A stretch of DNA of 63,687 bases, filler included, from Sphacelaria rigidula (lineage: Eukaryota): the NCBI GenBank assembly GCA_964200075.2. It is 6 parts of 6 records of this genome, joined end to end, with 100 filler letters (N's around TTAATTAATTAA, not from the genome) between each part and the next. Parts side by side here need not be neighbours in the genome. Positions count along the whole stretch, not along the records: positions 21,267 to 31,797 come from CAXNAA020006329.1; positions 31,898 to 42,428 come from CAXNAA020006330.1; 4 more parts are not named here. The stretch is one strand, 5' to 3'. The notes beneath the pieces were generated by a model. It worked only from the letters and a program-made list of their open reading frames with translations. It was not told the origin of the DNA and ran no database searches. A program made the translations under genes and the position numbers. This document shows, piece after piece, positions 24,893-37,489 of this stretch. The number at the start of each line of letters is the position of its first letter. Positions within the stretch are counted from its first letter, which is position 1.

Positions 24893-25692
24893 GTGCGTGG
24901 GCCATGTATCGGTTGTGGACGATTGTCCCTCTGCAAGAGATTCGTAATGTTTTTTATCCCCAAGACCCGATCATAGTCGACATCTCTTGGTGATGCGAAT
25001 CTATGGATACAGTACTTGCGTCGAGACTTGTATGTATCACACGCTACTGATCCTTCTAGAATAACGTCCGGGGGCAGCGAGGCATTAGAATATTTGAAGT
25101 ATATTTCATCCAGTGAACGTACGGATGAGCAGATCAACCTTGTAGCCTCTGCCAGGCGATCTGGACAAGAGGACTATCCACGAGGGACTCCTCCAGTGGC
25201 ACTGGCCTTGTGCTCAACAAGTCATTTCTTCTCACTTGTTATTCCCACGGAGTGATCCTCAACAGACCACATCACGAGCCAGCAGGAACGGGCCACACAG
25301 ATAAGGGCCATCAATCCAGGATCTCCTGTCCCCTGCGGCTGCTCCAATCATGCATGCGATTATACTGAAACCTACGGCGTGGTATCATTTGGCTACAACC
25401 TCCAGCCGAAGCCAGCAATGGTGCGTTCAGCGCTGAATCCCATCATGCATGCTGACAATTCTTGTGATCGGGGTTGTCGAAGAAGTATTTTATTCCATGT
25501 CTTCTTCGGAAAGGTATGTCACCCATTTTTTTTTCTGGCTTTTTAGACAAAATTTCACAGCATTCGCACCAACTATGCACTATACATTCAATATGAATCA
25601 AGCCCCCCGCCCTCTGTAGCCATCTGCCGCCCCCCTGCACCCGCGCGACCTGTCCCGTCCCTGACCCGTTTTAACGCCGACTCGATCCGCAG

Positions 25693-26001
25693 AGATGGAT
25701 CGAGGTGGTGGTAACGCCGCCCCAAGGAACCGGTAAGCCTTGCCCTGAATTGTTGGCAGAGGAGACGCGGGAGTGCTCCAAGTACTGTCCCGAAGGAGCG
25801 CCCAACCCGATGGCTGAGGTAAACACGAACGAAGAAGAGTATGGCGAAGTGGAGCCCAAGATTGAAGCTGGGGGGATGGGGGGAGGGGGAGGGGAGCGGC
25901 AGGAGCGGGCGTGCTCGTTGGAAGAGGAAGTATGGACTCCTTGTTCGGTGGATTGCTTGCAGGAGAGATATATGGGCTATGGCTGTGAAAAGGAGGCTGA
26001 G
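25693..26001 (+). CDS. Aspartic protease gene, exon with TSP1-like cysteine modules; later exons not found on this contig
   Basis: CAG|AGA to GAG|GTACG, 103 codons; RWIEVVVTPPQGTGKPCPELLAEETRECSKYCP (spondin-type TSP1 tail) and WTPCSVDCLQER. Confidence 0.8.
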
Positions 26002-28774
26002 GTACGTGCTGTGTTGTCCGTGTAAAAGCTGGGGTCCAGTGAGACGGACCGACCTTGCATCGGTTCGTCTATTACCGTTTGTAGAAGTTGGATCCCGAAT
26101 TTTTTAGCGTAGACGCGCAGGAAGAATTCGCAGACATGAACTTGTGGGTCCAATTCGGAGTGTAGGGATTGAAGGATTACTGTTCCAAAAGTAAGGACTC
26201 TTTGCTGAGCTTTGAAACTACAAGATGAGGATTTATCGTCCCCAATGTAAAACATTCCTGTTACATCCTCCAATGATTGCCTTCTCAACGCGTATCTACC
26301 ATGAAATTTGTAGAGTAAATTTGATAGAAACGGTTTTCGACAAACATTTTAGACTATATTGCTAACGCACGTGTCAACACTGATTCGAAACCTGCTTGTT
26401 TTAGGTAACAGTTCCCCTCTCCACAGCTTGAAAACGTCAACGAGTTGATGCTCAACACGAGTACCGCGCTGCTCGTGATGATACTCCTCGCAGCGGTGCC
26501 TGTACCGAAATATGACCGGGCAACAGGAAATATCGGTATCTACTTTGCGCGAGTTGTCCGCTCGCCTGGGGACCTGCGTATAGGACTGGAATTCAGACGT
26601 CCGGTATCAACGGAACCTTGAGCATGAATCATACCACCCACCATTCACCACCCCCGACCGTTCCCTCGACCTACCCTACACCGCCCACCCACTGAAGTCA
26701 TTCACCCACCGAGAAAACATGACCCGCCTATCCACCACCACCCAAATCCCACACAGTAGCACACAGTACCACCTGCCCCGTGGCCGTCATCATTGCTGTA
26801 ATCGCCGTTCCTGGTTGACGCACCTCCCGCAAGGCCTCCATGGCTTGCATCAGCTAGCGGCTGAAGGGCTTCTTTCAGGAACTCGATCTCCTTCGTTTGA
26901 CCCTCTACGCAAACATCTGAAATGACTGCAGTGTAACCTGCACTTGCGCAAAGAATCCCCTCTGAGCAACTGCTGCCCTAAAAGCAGGAACAGTACAGCA
27001 CAGTGCCATAATGAGAGAGCGTTGGAGGTACGTTCATGACAAGAAACAAAAAATCACGTATTGAACAAACGTACGCACCCAGCGTATCGGGGACGCCAGG
27101 CATCGATGTTGATTACGGACCAAAACGATATAATACATACACCCTCTGCATCGACCAACTCAGCTTCTTGCGCGAGCGCGTCGCCAAGTCAAGGTAGTCT
27201 TCAATGGTGATGTAAAATCGATCAAAAGTTGTCTGCGTGAACCTCTCTCGTTCAGGTAAAACTCGCCCAACCATCTTGCCTTGTGTCTGTTGGGGAGAGC
27301 GCAGGGCTGCGCTGCCAGTACGCTTTACGTACCAAAGAGATGCCATCAAAGCTCCGTTGGTCCCAGTTTGGCCCGATGCAAAATATAAGTCCCGATAAAA
27401 ACTAGATCCCATGAACGGATATGTGTTTGTCATTACGTGTTCTCTGCTATCCAGCATAGAAATCAGATGAACTTCATCCGTGGGTGCCTCATCCCCATCC
27501 TGCCTACAGGCTCATCGGGGCAAGTCCAGACCTCGACGTTACATGTAACCGAGAATATCATCGCCATACTTCCTCTCGGTCCCACAAGTAAAGGTCCCTA
27601 TGGAGGGCAGATCATACATCGCCAATGGAGTTGCCTACGATGCCAAAGTTAGGTTTGCGAAGAACATTTTTGATACGGTGGTGCTCATGAAAAAAAATCC
27701 GATTCGGACTTACCGAGAATAAGTGGGTTAAAAAGAGGGAAATTTGGTGGCTTTTTGATTTCTTTTTCCGAGAATGTTTTCGAGAATTTTTGTCGTTTAC
27801 GACGTCGGGAGGCCCACCGCATCTCACAAGCACGATAGATACATCCCCAATACGTTGACGAGGCACCGAAGTATCGTTGGGCCGCCGTCACGCCATGGCG
27901 GTGGAGATAGCGTTGGCCATTCCACCTGGCCGATGAAGGGTGCCGAAGGGCGCTCTAGCCCCCATCGCGGAGCGCTACAGTGCTGGCGCTGGCTACCCAG
28001 AGAAACATTGGTCCGAGTGCAAAGCGAGAAAATGTGGTGAAAATATGGTCAGGGAGCTTCACGAAGGGCTGGGACTATCCAGCATCAAGCCCCAGTGACG
28101 GCGAGGACGATTAACGAAAACGTTTTTTGTTGTTTTTTTCGACACTTTGTCGTCCCTGGAAAAGGTGCGAAATACGTTTTTTTTTGGACCGAATGCTTTT
28201 ATTTCGGCCGTTCATGCACACAGGGTGTTGCGTGTAAAAAACGGGTTGACACTGAAAAAACACCGAAGATTTCAATTTCAAAAAAATTATCGCCTACGGT
28301 GTCGGACACTGTTGAGGATCTGTGTAATCATTGAGACCTTTTCTTATGAGACATGAGAAATAGAAAGTCTAGATAGTGTGCGATCGGCCTACTTACTATG
28401 AGTGCATAGTTGGCAACTCACCATGAAGGACTCGGCATATAGCTATGAACAGATCAGTCTACATAGTACGGTCAGCGCCACATTTAGAAGATATGCTGTC
28501 TCAGTTACTGCAGGACTCTTGTTTATGTCGATTATGGTATAGAGCATTGTGTTGGGATTGCTCCCCGAAAAAACAGTTTTTCTCGAAAGTGCTTCGCGAC
28601 CGAATATGTCGTTTTTGTTGAAAGTTTAAATTTCGAAATTTCAGCGAATGCACGGCTTCCTATAGGGATTTTTGTTTTCTTAAGTCGTTTCAAACTGCCC
28701 ACATAACAGGCAATCTGTAATTAGCGGATCCTTCTACAGTACACACACCGCCAGACCTTGCCGAGGGCACATGA

Positions 28775-30675
28775 TTATGCATGTAGCGGACGGCTACCGC
28801 ATACATAATCACGATACGCAGAAGAGCTGTTATTATGCAGCATCCCAGTTTTCTTCACCTGGTCCCCAGAGTACAGAATGCCATTCAGGAGCGCGTGCGA
28901 TCCGCAGTTTTCGTCACCAGCACATGTGACGAGCGTCGTACAGTCGTCTCTATCAGCTAACCCCACGCATTCGTGCTCTACAAGGTATTTTACTGGTATG
29001 AGGAGGAATGAGGGAAAGAACCGCTCGTAGATATCGGGATGTTGGTCCCTCTGAGTCGTGAAGCGCAAGAACGCTTGTGGGCGCTATTTGCCACCGAGAT
29101 GCGCTCAGAAGATATCATCAAGTTATCTACTGTACAACACTCGAGGAAGTAATCTTTTGAATGACCTGTAGGACATGAGTAGTCTGACGAGCAGATGCGG
29201 CAGTACAAGCAGCCAGCCGCAATGTCACCCTTCCTCTGCACTGTGTGTATCTGCGGTCTACAAGTGCAAACAGCAATACCAGCGCCTCTCGAGACCTTAA
29301 CATGGAAGACCTACAAAACCAACACACCACACAGCCAGTAGGGACAACAGCAGTAAGCCCATCGTATGAGAGCGCGCACCTACGTATATTCCAAAGGAAT
29401 TCCCACATTCTCTCTCTTCATATCAGGTTCGAGCAAACGTCCTGAGGCTGTTTCTTACGCTAGTTGGATTAATATTATGGCGGATTCTCCAGTTTGGGGA
29501 TACGAACACGGTTTTTGCGCTCCCAGGCGGGCAAATCGCCATGTGTCTTGAGCACTTTGCACCAGGTGACTGAGAGGAGCCTAGCCCACTTTTCTGATTC
29601 GCTTCGCTCCGAGGTTTCGAGAATGACGTCCGAACGTGAATACGGTGTCTAGTGATTTTGAAATACTTCCATGTCGTGCTCACATGGGGCTAGACTCCTC
29701 AAGGTGAGGTGGTGCAAAGTCTCCAAGATACGTCGTGACGATATTTCCTGTTTTGTGAGCCCGGGTGTCGATTGTCTCTCAAACTGTAAAATCCCACCGA
29801 AAGAAATCCAAGTACCGTGAGAAACAGGTCGACGACAAGTTTGTCCCTTGAAATACTCGTACTTCAGATTGATGGTAAAATTAGACCCTCTCATTTGTCA
29901 GCAGGTTTTCCAAAGTCACACAGTGAATTTGGTTTCTGCTACGGGTAAAAAGTCGACTAAGCGGTTTTTTGCGACTCCGCTCTTGCGATCTGATTCTTGC
30001 GACCCAATTCTCGCAATGGTTTTTTGCTAAATCTTTCCAGTCTAAAATCCCCATCGATTTCGGTTTTTTGGGGACAACTTCGTCAAACAGACACCAAAGG
30101 CATCCTGCTCCAACGGGCACCTGGACACACAGCAGTTGCCGCTGCCTACCTATTAAGTATCATCCTCGAAATCGAAGTCTCGAGTGAGAACCCCCAGCGT
30201 TTGATGCCCATGTACATGGAAGGATGATCTTCATCTAGTATCATGCTCCAAAACGTACCTGACAAGGGGGCAACACCCCCAGACAGTAGCAATGCTAGCG
30301 AATCCTACGTTCTGAATGTCTGTGACAGTCTGGCAGCCGGCAGGGTGGTTATGGTAGTGTCCTTCTAGCGATGTCAAATTACAATGCACTGGAGCAGGGT
30401 TCGCAGGTGAATATTTCGGCGATTGCCTCACCTGTAGTTCGCCCAGATGCTGCGGATTTTTTCTCGACATCACATACATGTACAGGTGGGAATATACCAG
30501 ACCCTTCGTCACAGTATAAGTCGAAATCTACCAGACCCTGCATTATATATGGGAATGCAAATATACCCAACCATGGACAGAAGATTTCTACAGTCAGTAC
30601 GAACACGTTGTTGAAAGTGTATTGCCCAAACGTCAGTGTGCTGTCGTCCCATCTATTCTGGTCGCCAGCCTCCAC
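28775..30675 (-). pseudogene. Frameshifted Mutator-like (MULE) transposase relic with SWIM-like and OTU-like motifs
   Basis: Motifs occur in the expected order across shifting frames: WDDST...FVLTVEI...G (~30645); VTDIQNVGFASIATVWG...LEH (30320-30243); ENWVARIR (~30000); LTN...NFTINLKYEYFKGQTCRR (29900-29830); FHVKV...VCTC-x15-CLY (29310-29204); AGDENCGSHAL (28922-28890). Recognised by eye only. Confidence 0.65.
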
Positions 30676-30689
30676 ATTTCGGTATATTA

Positions 30690-31090
30690 TGTGAGCGCAC
30701 CAGCCGCGGCTGTGTTACCATGCAGCTTCGCCCAAGATATAGGTAGTCATTACAGCGGCGCAGGCGGCCTTTCACTTCTGCGTGTGCCACGTGGGGTGAA
30801 CGCACTCTGTAGCTGCAACACGGACAGCTTTATAACATATGACGTGGCATTATAGCCCGTAGCGAGGCGTGATATCCTGCGTACACGTTTGCTGCAGATA
30901 CAAGCGGATGCATTCATGATGTGGCGAACTGCATAGGACAACGCGAAATCAATGCAGGACAGGGATAGACTAAGGGTGTGACGTCCTGCGATGTGCTTTG
31001 TCACCCTGCACTCTGCCGCTGTGCAGTGAGCAGGTAGTACCACCGAAGGCGTAACGCCGCGGTTGGTACGCAGTGTCGGCTCAGCACCCA
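30690..31090. repeat. Dispersed repeat truncating the MULE relic; inverted copy at ~56900-57230
   Basis: GCCGCTGTGCAGTGAGCAGGTAGTACCACCGAAGGCGTAACG is the reverse complement of CGTTACGCCTTCGGTGGTACTATCTGCTCACTGCACAGCGGC at ~56931. Confidence 0.85.
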
Positions 31091-31897
31091 TAGGGTAACT
31101 AACCTCTGCATTGAAATAAATAAAACGCACTGAATTAAACACGCGCATAGCGCGTTCTTTTTTATTTTCGAGTAGCACGCGCGCTACTCGTACTGTAGCG
31201 CGTGCTTTTTCAGCGTTGCTGACATCGTGCCAGCGCGCTTGTGCACTTCAACGTTGTACTTTCCTGTGGCAGTTCCTCACGGTACTATCATGTTTCATCA
31301 CAATTTATTCCAAACCACGCACAAGAGATGCCAGCGAGTCCATCGTTGTTACACTTGGCGGTGTAGGGAACCAGTTTTTTTTCGATCTGGTACTGCTGCC
31401 GATGCTGCGTGCTGTACCAAATAGTATACCGTACTAGTTCGAAAACGGATATTCATAATATAAACGCCGCCGACGTGCTCTGGTTACCATGAACTGTGTA
31501 CGAGGCGCGGGAAGCGTAGTTTTTGTCAAGGAATGTAAGGACGCAATCATACTGCAGTATAGGCAGTTTTTATTTCTAGCATAAAACACGTGATTCATAC
31601 GAGACATGCTGATGCCTGGGCATTTTGGTACTGAAACGAATCCACCAGACACTCCACCACCTACCGTAAGGAGATACATACCACGTATAAATACAAGATA
31701 AGACACGGGCAGACCAAGGGTCTGACGAGAGAAAAAAAAAATGGACTCGGAACATCCCCCCCCCCCCCTGCCGGAGGGCAGTTTTTCGAAAATTGACNNN
31801 NNNNNNNNNNNNNNNNNNNNNNNNNNNNNNNNNNNNNNNNNTTAATTAATTAANNNNNNNNNNNNNNNNNNNNNNNNNNNNNNNNNNNNNNNNNNNN

Positions 31898-31965
31898 GTC
31901 TGACACACTTATGAGCCTCGTTTTTCGTGCAACCAAATACCCCCCCCCCTATCGTAGGATGGCTC
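31898..31965. mobile_element. Right end of another copy of the GAG...CTC (Sola-like) MITE, cut by the contig start
   Basis: GTCTGACACACTTATGAGCC...AAATACCCCCCCCCCTATCGTAGGATGGCTC matches 62990-63055. Confidence 0.85.
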
Positions 31966-32097
31966 TAAACCTGGTGCCTAGCAGAACCTGCTGGAAGGAT
32001 TCCGGGGGGGAGTCTTGCAGCTGACAACCTAAATCATCACGGACGTGTGGAGGGGGTTCATGCTAACCGTAGCTGCAGAAAGGCGGCTGACCTGTGA

Positions 32098-35000
32098 ATG
32101 ATCCAGACTGAAGACTTACTGAAGCTGCGTGTAGCGGGAGTTCGGAGGCTCCTACGACTGTATGGTGCGGCGACAAAGCAAGGAAGTGTGCAATTCGCGA
32201 AGGTCCGCTGGACTGCAAAAGGTTCGCAGGTAGCCGGTTGCAGTTATGCGACCGGCTCGCGTGGTACGTCCACCGTGACACCCGTGGTCATGCGGGAAGA
32301 GTTGCGACCTCCCCAATACGGGGATAGGTACTCAGAGAGTGCATCTCGCACTTTTTACACGAAGTACTTGGAGTACAAGAAGCGCTAACGCAGGGGGTGA
32401 AGTGTGGCATCAGGTGGTGTCAATGCTTTAACAAGTGCCAACTTATGTGCAGAGAGTGTCTGCTTGTTTGGAGCGGAAAAAGAGCACAATCACCCCGCCG
32501 CAATTGGTTGCGGCAATCAAAAAGCATGCTGGGCATGCGGCGGGCACTTGTCACTGTTGTGGCCAGGTCGGCCATTACACGCGCGATCGCTCAACGTCTT
32601 CCGGTGGAGAGTCTGAGCAGTCTCATGCCGCGCGCCATCAGCGTCGTCAGCACAAGGGCGAAGGACTGGGTTATCGGGGTGGTGGCGGCGGCGGATCCTC
32701 CGGCGGTGGAGGGTCGCAGTCGAGTTCTCAGCAGCAGCAGGAGCAGCAGCAGGGGCAGAAGTGTCAGCACGGGTCAGGTTCTGGATCTGGCGCCGCTGTA
32801 TGTGCTGCTGCTCCGCAACGCGCGGTGCAAGTGAGACCAATTTCTACAGTGTCGAACACTGCGCCGGCGCCGATGGTGGCGACGGTGGCAACACCGGCAG
32901 CAGCGCCATGCGCGACGCCTGCTGATGCGCTGGTCGGGTGTTCGCCATTCTTGGTCTGCTGGCTGTGAGTCGTACCCGCTGGCGGTCCCGTTTCAACCTG
33001 CCGGGGCGTCTTTACCTGCACAGCTTGCGCAGCCGTGGCGTTAAGTGGGATTAGCGGCGCATCGGTCGGCGAATGAAGCGCCAGTGGAGTTTGCGGACGA
33101 GTACGTACCTGCGGAGTTGTATCTTCCGAATCATCGGGAGCGTGGAGCCATTGCGGTTCGGGCTATGTGGGATTCTGGCGCCCACTTGACGAGTCATGTG
33201 AGTCTGTCGGTGCAAATTGTAGAGATGTTGGAGCGTCTTCTCCCGAGTGTGCGCATTCCGTTTTCGCTCGGGGGGCGGCAGGCCGTCACCGCGTCGGGTC
33301 AGCATGTTTACGTCACAGAGCTGACTTTCACGACTTCCTTGGGGCCGGCGCAGTTGTCTTCGATCTCGTTTGCGATCATGCCGGGGTCGGATGGCGTCAC
33401 TCTTCTAGGGTGGTCGACGCTTCAGGATGTTGGAGTCGACCCGTATGCGCGGTTGAAGGACTCTATGAAGACGCCGATGTCTTCGCCTGGTCCGCGCTTG
33501 GAGACGCCCGGCTTTTGGGGCAGTAGTCGCGTGAGCTTGTCGGTGGATGCTTTTCAGGAGGCTGGGGAGCAGGTGAGCGAGAAGCGGGATGCGGCGGTGG
33601 AACGCTCGGAAGAGCGCGGCCCGGAGATGTTTAAGGTTCCGGCGGAAGAGGATTCCGCTCGGAAGGTCGCGCTGGAGGAGAGTGTGACGGATGCTGGGGC
33701 GAAAGACCTCAACGTCTCGAAAGCGGAGCGCCTGCGCGGCATATTGCATCGCCGCGTCAACGCGTTTCGTCGTGCGCTGCGGGATGATCCCCCTGCGCGC
33801 GTGGAGCCCATGCGTGTTCAGCTAAAACCTGGGGCGTCCGCGGTGAAGACGAAGCCGCGGCGGTACGATCCAGTGAAGTCGAGTTGGTTGGCGTCGTGCA
33901 TGGTGGCTCTTTTCGCGCTCGGGCTCGTGTTACGGAACTTGCAGGCGGGGAGGTCCAGTCCGGATATGGCGGTTTCGAAGACGGCTGCATCGTGGACGGA
34001 CGGCAGGCTGCAGGCGTGGGTGGCAGCGAAGGATCTGAGGGCTCATACCGTGACGCTGTTCTACACTCGTCCTGATCGTCAGGTGTTCATGTTTCCGAAT
34101 GCATCTGAGTGCCATTGGATTGGTTTTGTCATGCAGGTGCCTAAAGTTGAAATGCAAAGGCGTTCGCCGGTTGACGATATGACGCATTAACCGCTGGCTT
34201 TTCTCAGTTGTGGTTTCAAGGCTCAGCAGTTGCGTTGGCCCACAATTGACAAGGAAGGTTTTGCCATCGTGAGCACTTTTCGTCGTTTGGAGCATCTTTT
34301 GTGAGATGGCGTGCACATTTTCACGGATGACCGAAATCTCGTGTATATTTTCAACCTGGAAGCGTGCGTTACGTCTGTATCGAAGGCGTTGGCACAACGT
34401 CTGAAGGGTTGGAAAGGTGTTTTTGGCCAGTATCGTTACTCGATTTGCCATATTTCGGGTGACCACAACGCGTGGGGCGACTTGCTTTCGCGCTAGATGA
34501 ATACTCCAGCTTTGCCTGTGCGCACTGTGTCTGTGTATGGTCCGTGTGAACCTGATGATTCGATGCCGTCCAAATGTGTTGTCCGCCAAACGCAACGAAA
34601 AGACCTTGGGGCCGAAGATGCGAATGTGCAATTTTTCGAATCAGACGTTGCTACTACTACCTTGGACAATGAATGTCTACTTCGTGTGCATGTGCGTGGC
34701 CGAAACGTTTTGTGGATTCCGAGTTCTCACAAGCAATTGCAGGTACGTCTGATGATTTGCGCGCACATGCGCGACGCCGGGTATCGTGGTGTGGCTGCGA
34801 CGCTCGTGCGCTTGCAATGGTTTCGTGTCTGGCAGGGGATAGAAACTCATGTGCGCGAATTTGTCCGCCAGTGTCTTCACTGTGCTGACTCGAGGGCGGG
34901 CGATGTTGTTCTCCGCCCGCTCGGCGAAACGGTCCGTAGGACCACGCCGAATGAAGTCGTTCATTTTGACTTCTTGTACGTGGGCGAGAGTGACCCACTA

Positions 35001-36120
35001 GCTTCCCAAGGTTTGTCGGATGATGCTGGGTTTCGATACATTACGGTAATCATGGATGATTTGAGCAACTTCGTGTCTCTGGAACCAGTAGCAGTGTATA
35101 CCGCTGAATCGACTGCCGCGTCTTTGCTAAATTGATGCAAAACTTTGGAGGGTGCCGCGTGTGCGGATGAATGATGCCGCCACGCATTTCAAGAATGCGA
35201 TCTTAGCCCGATTGCGAGAGGCTTTACGCGTTGATCATCAGTTTGCGGTGGCGTATTATCCGTGGTCTAACGGCACGTGCGAACGCATGGTCAAGGAAGC
35301 AGTTCGTGCTCTTCGCTCTATTCTTCTCGAGCAGCGCAGAGCGGTTTCCGAGTGGGTGGACGTGTTGCCTGCGGTGCAATGGTCACTCAATACAGCGTAT
35401 CGTCGTCGTTACGATATTACGCCGTACCACGTGATGTTTGGTCGTGCTCCTCGGACGTCCTTCTCGGTGCTGGCGTCTCCGTCGGCGGGGAAATGAAAAT
35501 GTGATGTTTTGGACTATGGTCAAATTAAGCGTGCATTGCAAGGAGTCTTGGACTTGCAAGAACGTTTCCACGTTCAAGTGCAGGAGCGTGTTGCTGCTGA
35601 ACGTGCGCTTAGACATGAGGGGTCCTCGTCGGGGCTGAAACTGCCGAATTTCGTGGTAGGCAACTATGTCCTGTATGCACGCGTGCATCGTCCGGACGTT
35701 ACGCCCAAGTTGACGGCGACGTGGACTGGTCCATGAAGAGTGGTTGGGGCTTACCACCCGCACGTGTTCGAGATTCAGAACATTGTTTCGGATCGTGTTA
35801 AGACCGCCCATGTAGCTCGTTTGCGTTTATACGCAGACTCGCAGCTTAATGTTACAGCTGATGTTAAGGACGTGTTCCAGCACGATTTCAATCGGGGGAA
35901 ATTTCAGATAGCTGGTATAGTCCGAGTGGCAGAAGCAGACGATCGTTCGTCGATCGTGCTGGTCGACTGGGTTGGTTTCGAAGTTGAGGAGCGTACCTGG
36001 GAGCCTTTCAAAGATATGTTCGAGGCCGCTCCGGAATTTCTCAAGAAAGAGTTGCGTAGATTGCGCGTGACTCGTGCCTTTGCTGCTCGCATTTCGAGTG
36101 AGTTCGGTGTTCCGTTGTGA
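32098..36120 (+). mobile_element. Degenerate Ty3/gypsy (chromodomain-bearing) gag-pol with the RT core deleted
   Basis: Zinc knuckle CHCCGQVGHYTRD (~32549); protease AMWDSGA (~33165); RNase H motifs ASECHW, WPTIDKEGFAIV, FTDDRNL, HISGDHNAWGDLLSR; integrase motifs CAH...G, CLHC, VHFDF, PWSNGTCER; chromodomain LVDWVGFEVEERTWEP (~35960-36006); multiple stops. Confidence 0.95.
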
Positions 36121-36194
36121 CTCACTCATAGTTTTGGCGTTTTCTATGTGTTGAGCTTGTTAATCTGTTTTCGTCCAACGCGCTTTGGGGGTGC

Positions 36195-36395
36195 TATGAC
36201 GAAAATACGCCGTTACATCGAGTTGGTAGTGATGATCTGGATAATGATTGGAGGCACGGGGATTCTGGAGGATTCTGGGAGGATTCTGGGAGGATTCTGG
36301 GAGGATTCTGGATAATGACCGGGACAAGGGGATGATACCCTGCGTGTCTAGAAGATTGGTTCCTGGTACGACACTCCTGATAATGAGATGTTGTA
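36195..36395 (+). repeat. Start of the gypsy 3' LTR (probably truncated), with an 11-bp GGAGGATTCTG tandem array
   Basis: PPT-like TTTGGGGGTGC (36184-36194) followed by TATGACG; five GGATTCTG(GGA) units at ~36260-36311; right boundary uncertain. Confidence 0.55.
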
Positions 36396-37489
36396 AAGGC
36401 TGACACCTGAAACTGAGGCCAGTAGGACTGGGGAGTCCCTCAAGAGCAGTGATCCACCAGTTCTTCTTCTGGGTGGATGGTGGATTTTCCGCAGACCACT
36501 TAATGTGCGACAACCACCAGCCCACTCACTCACTCAATCAGTCAATCAATGTCTAAAATGAGTATCATGCACGTAAGAGTGGGTTATTCCCTGTGTTCCC
36601 CGGGGTAAATAGGAGGGGAGTTTCTTCACCTACAGCAGTGGCACAAAGAAGCGATCGAAGGACTGCCACGATCTGGTATTGAAAGAAGCTTCTGGGTTGG
36701 CGCCGCCCGCTCGTGGTCCGACCCGAACGTCGGCTCGCTATAATTATGAAAGTAATTGCCAGGTGGGTTTTCTCATCAGTTTACCCCTAAACTCTGGTTC
36801 TTCCGGTGTTTCCAGAAACAAGCAAGTCGATGTGATCTCCACCAAGAACATTTTACCTCAAGATACGCCTTCACAGTCCATGATAAATCGGTCTCTTACA
36901 CTCATTTTTCTGCCAAGAGCACAACATTAATTAAAAACTGATGGGTTCGAGGAGATGAATCAATTCCCAAGGCAAAATAGGGGTGGCACGAGTCTGTAGC
37001 TTTCGACCAATCAATACCTCATCGTGAAGCCGAAACAACGTCAAAGAGAGTATCAAGATACAATTATTATTCATGCTAACCCTATATTACTCATTTTAAG
37101 GGTTTGAACCAGCCCCAAACTGTCTGAAGCTCAATAGCAAACTGACCAAATATACTCGCAGTATGGCGTGGTTTGCTCACGGCCTACCGCCTTCCACCGC
37201 CACCCATTTCGTACCAAAGCTATCGTAAGATATTGGTCAATCTCGAACGGATCGCTGCAAGCAAAATTGATGAAATCTGATACTGCCCAGTACGCCGTGT
37301 TGAGGGAAGTTATTTTTACCAAGCAACATAATCATTCACGGAATAAAAGTTATATATATATATATATATGTGTGTGTGTACCCCGTAATTACTGCTATTA
37401 TTGCCACTTCCGCGCGTTAGTCCGATCTCTCGAACCCTTGGTCAGTGTATTCAAACCGCGATCCAACATTTCACCAGTAGCAGCCAAAC

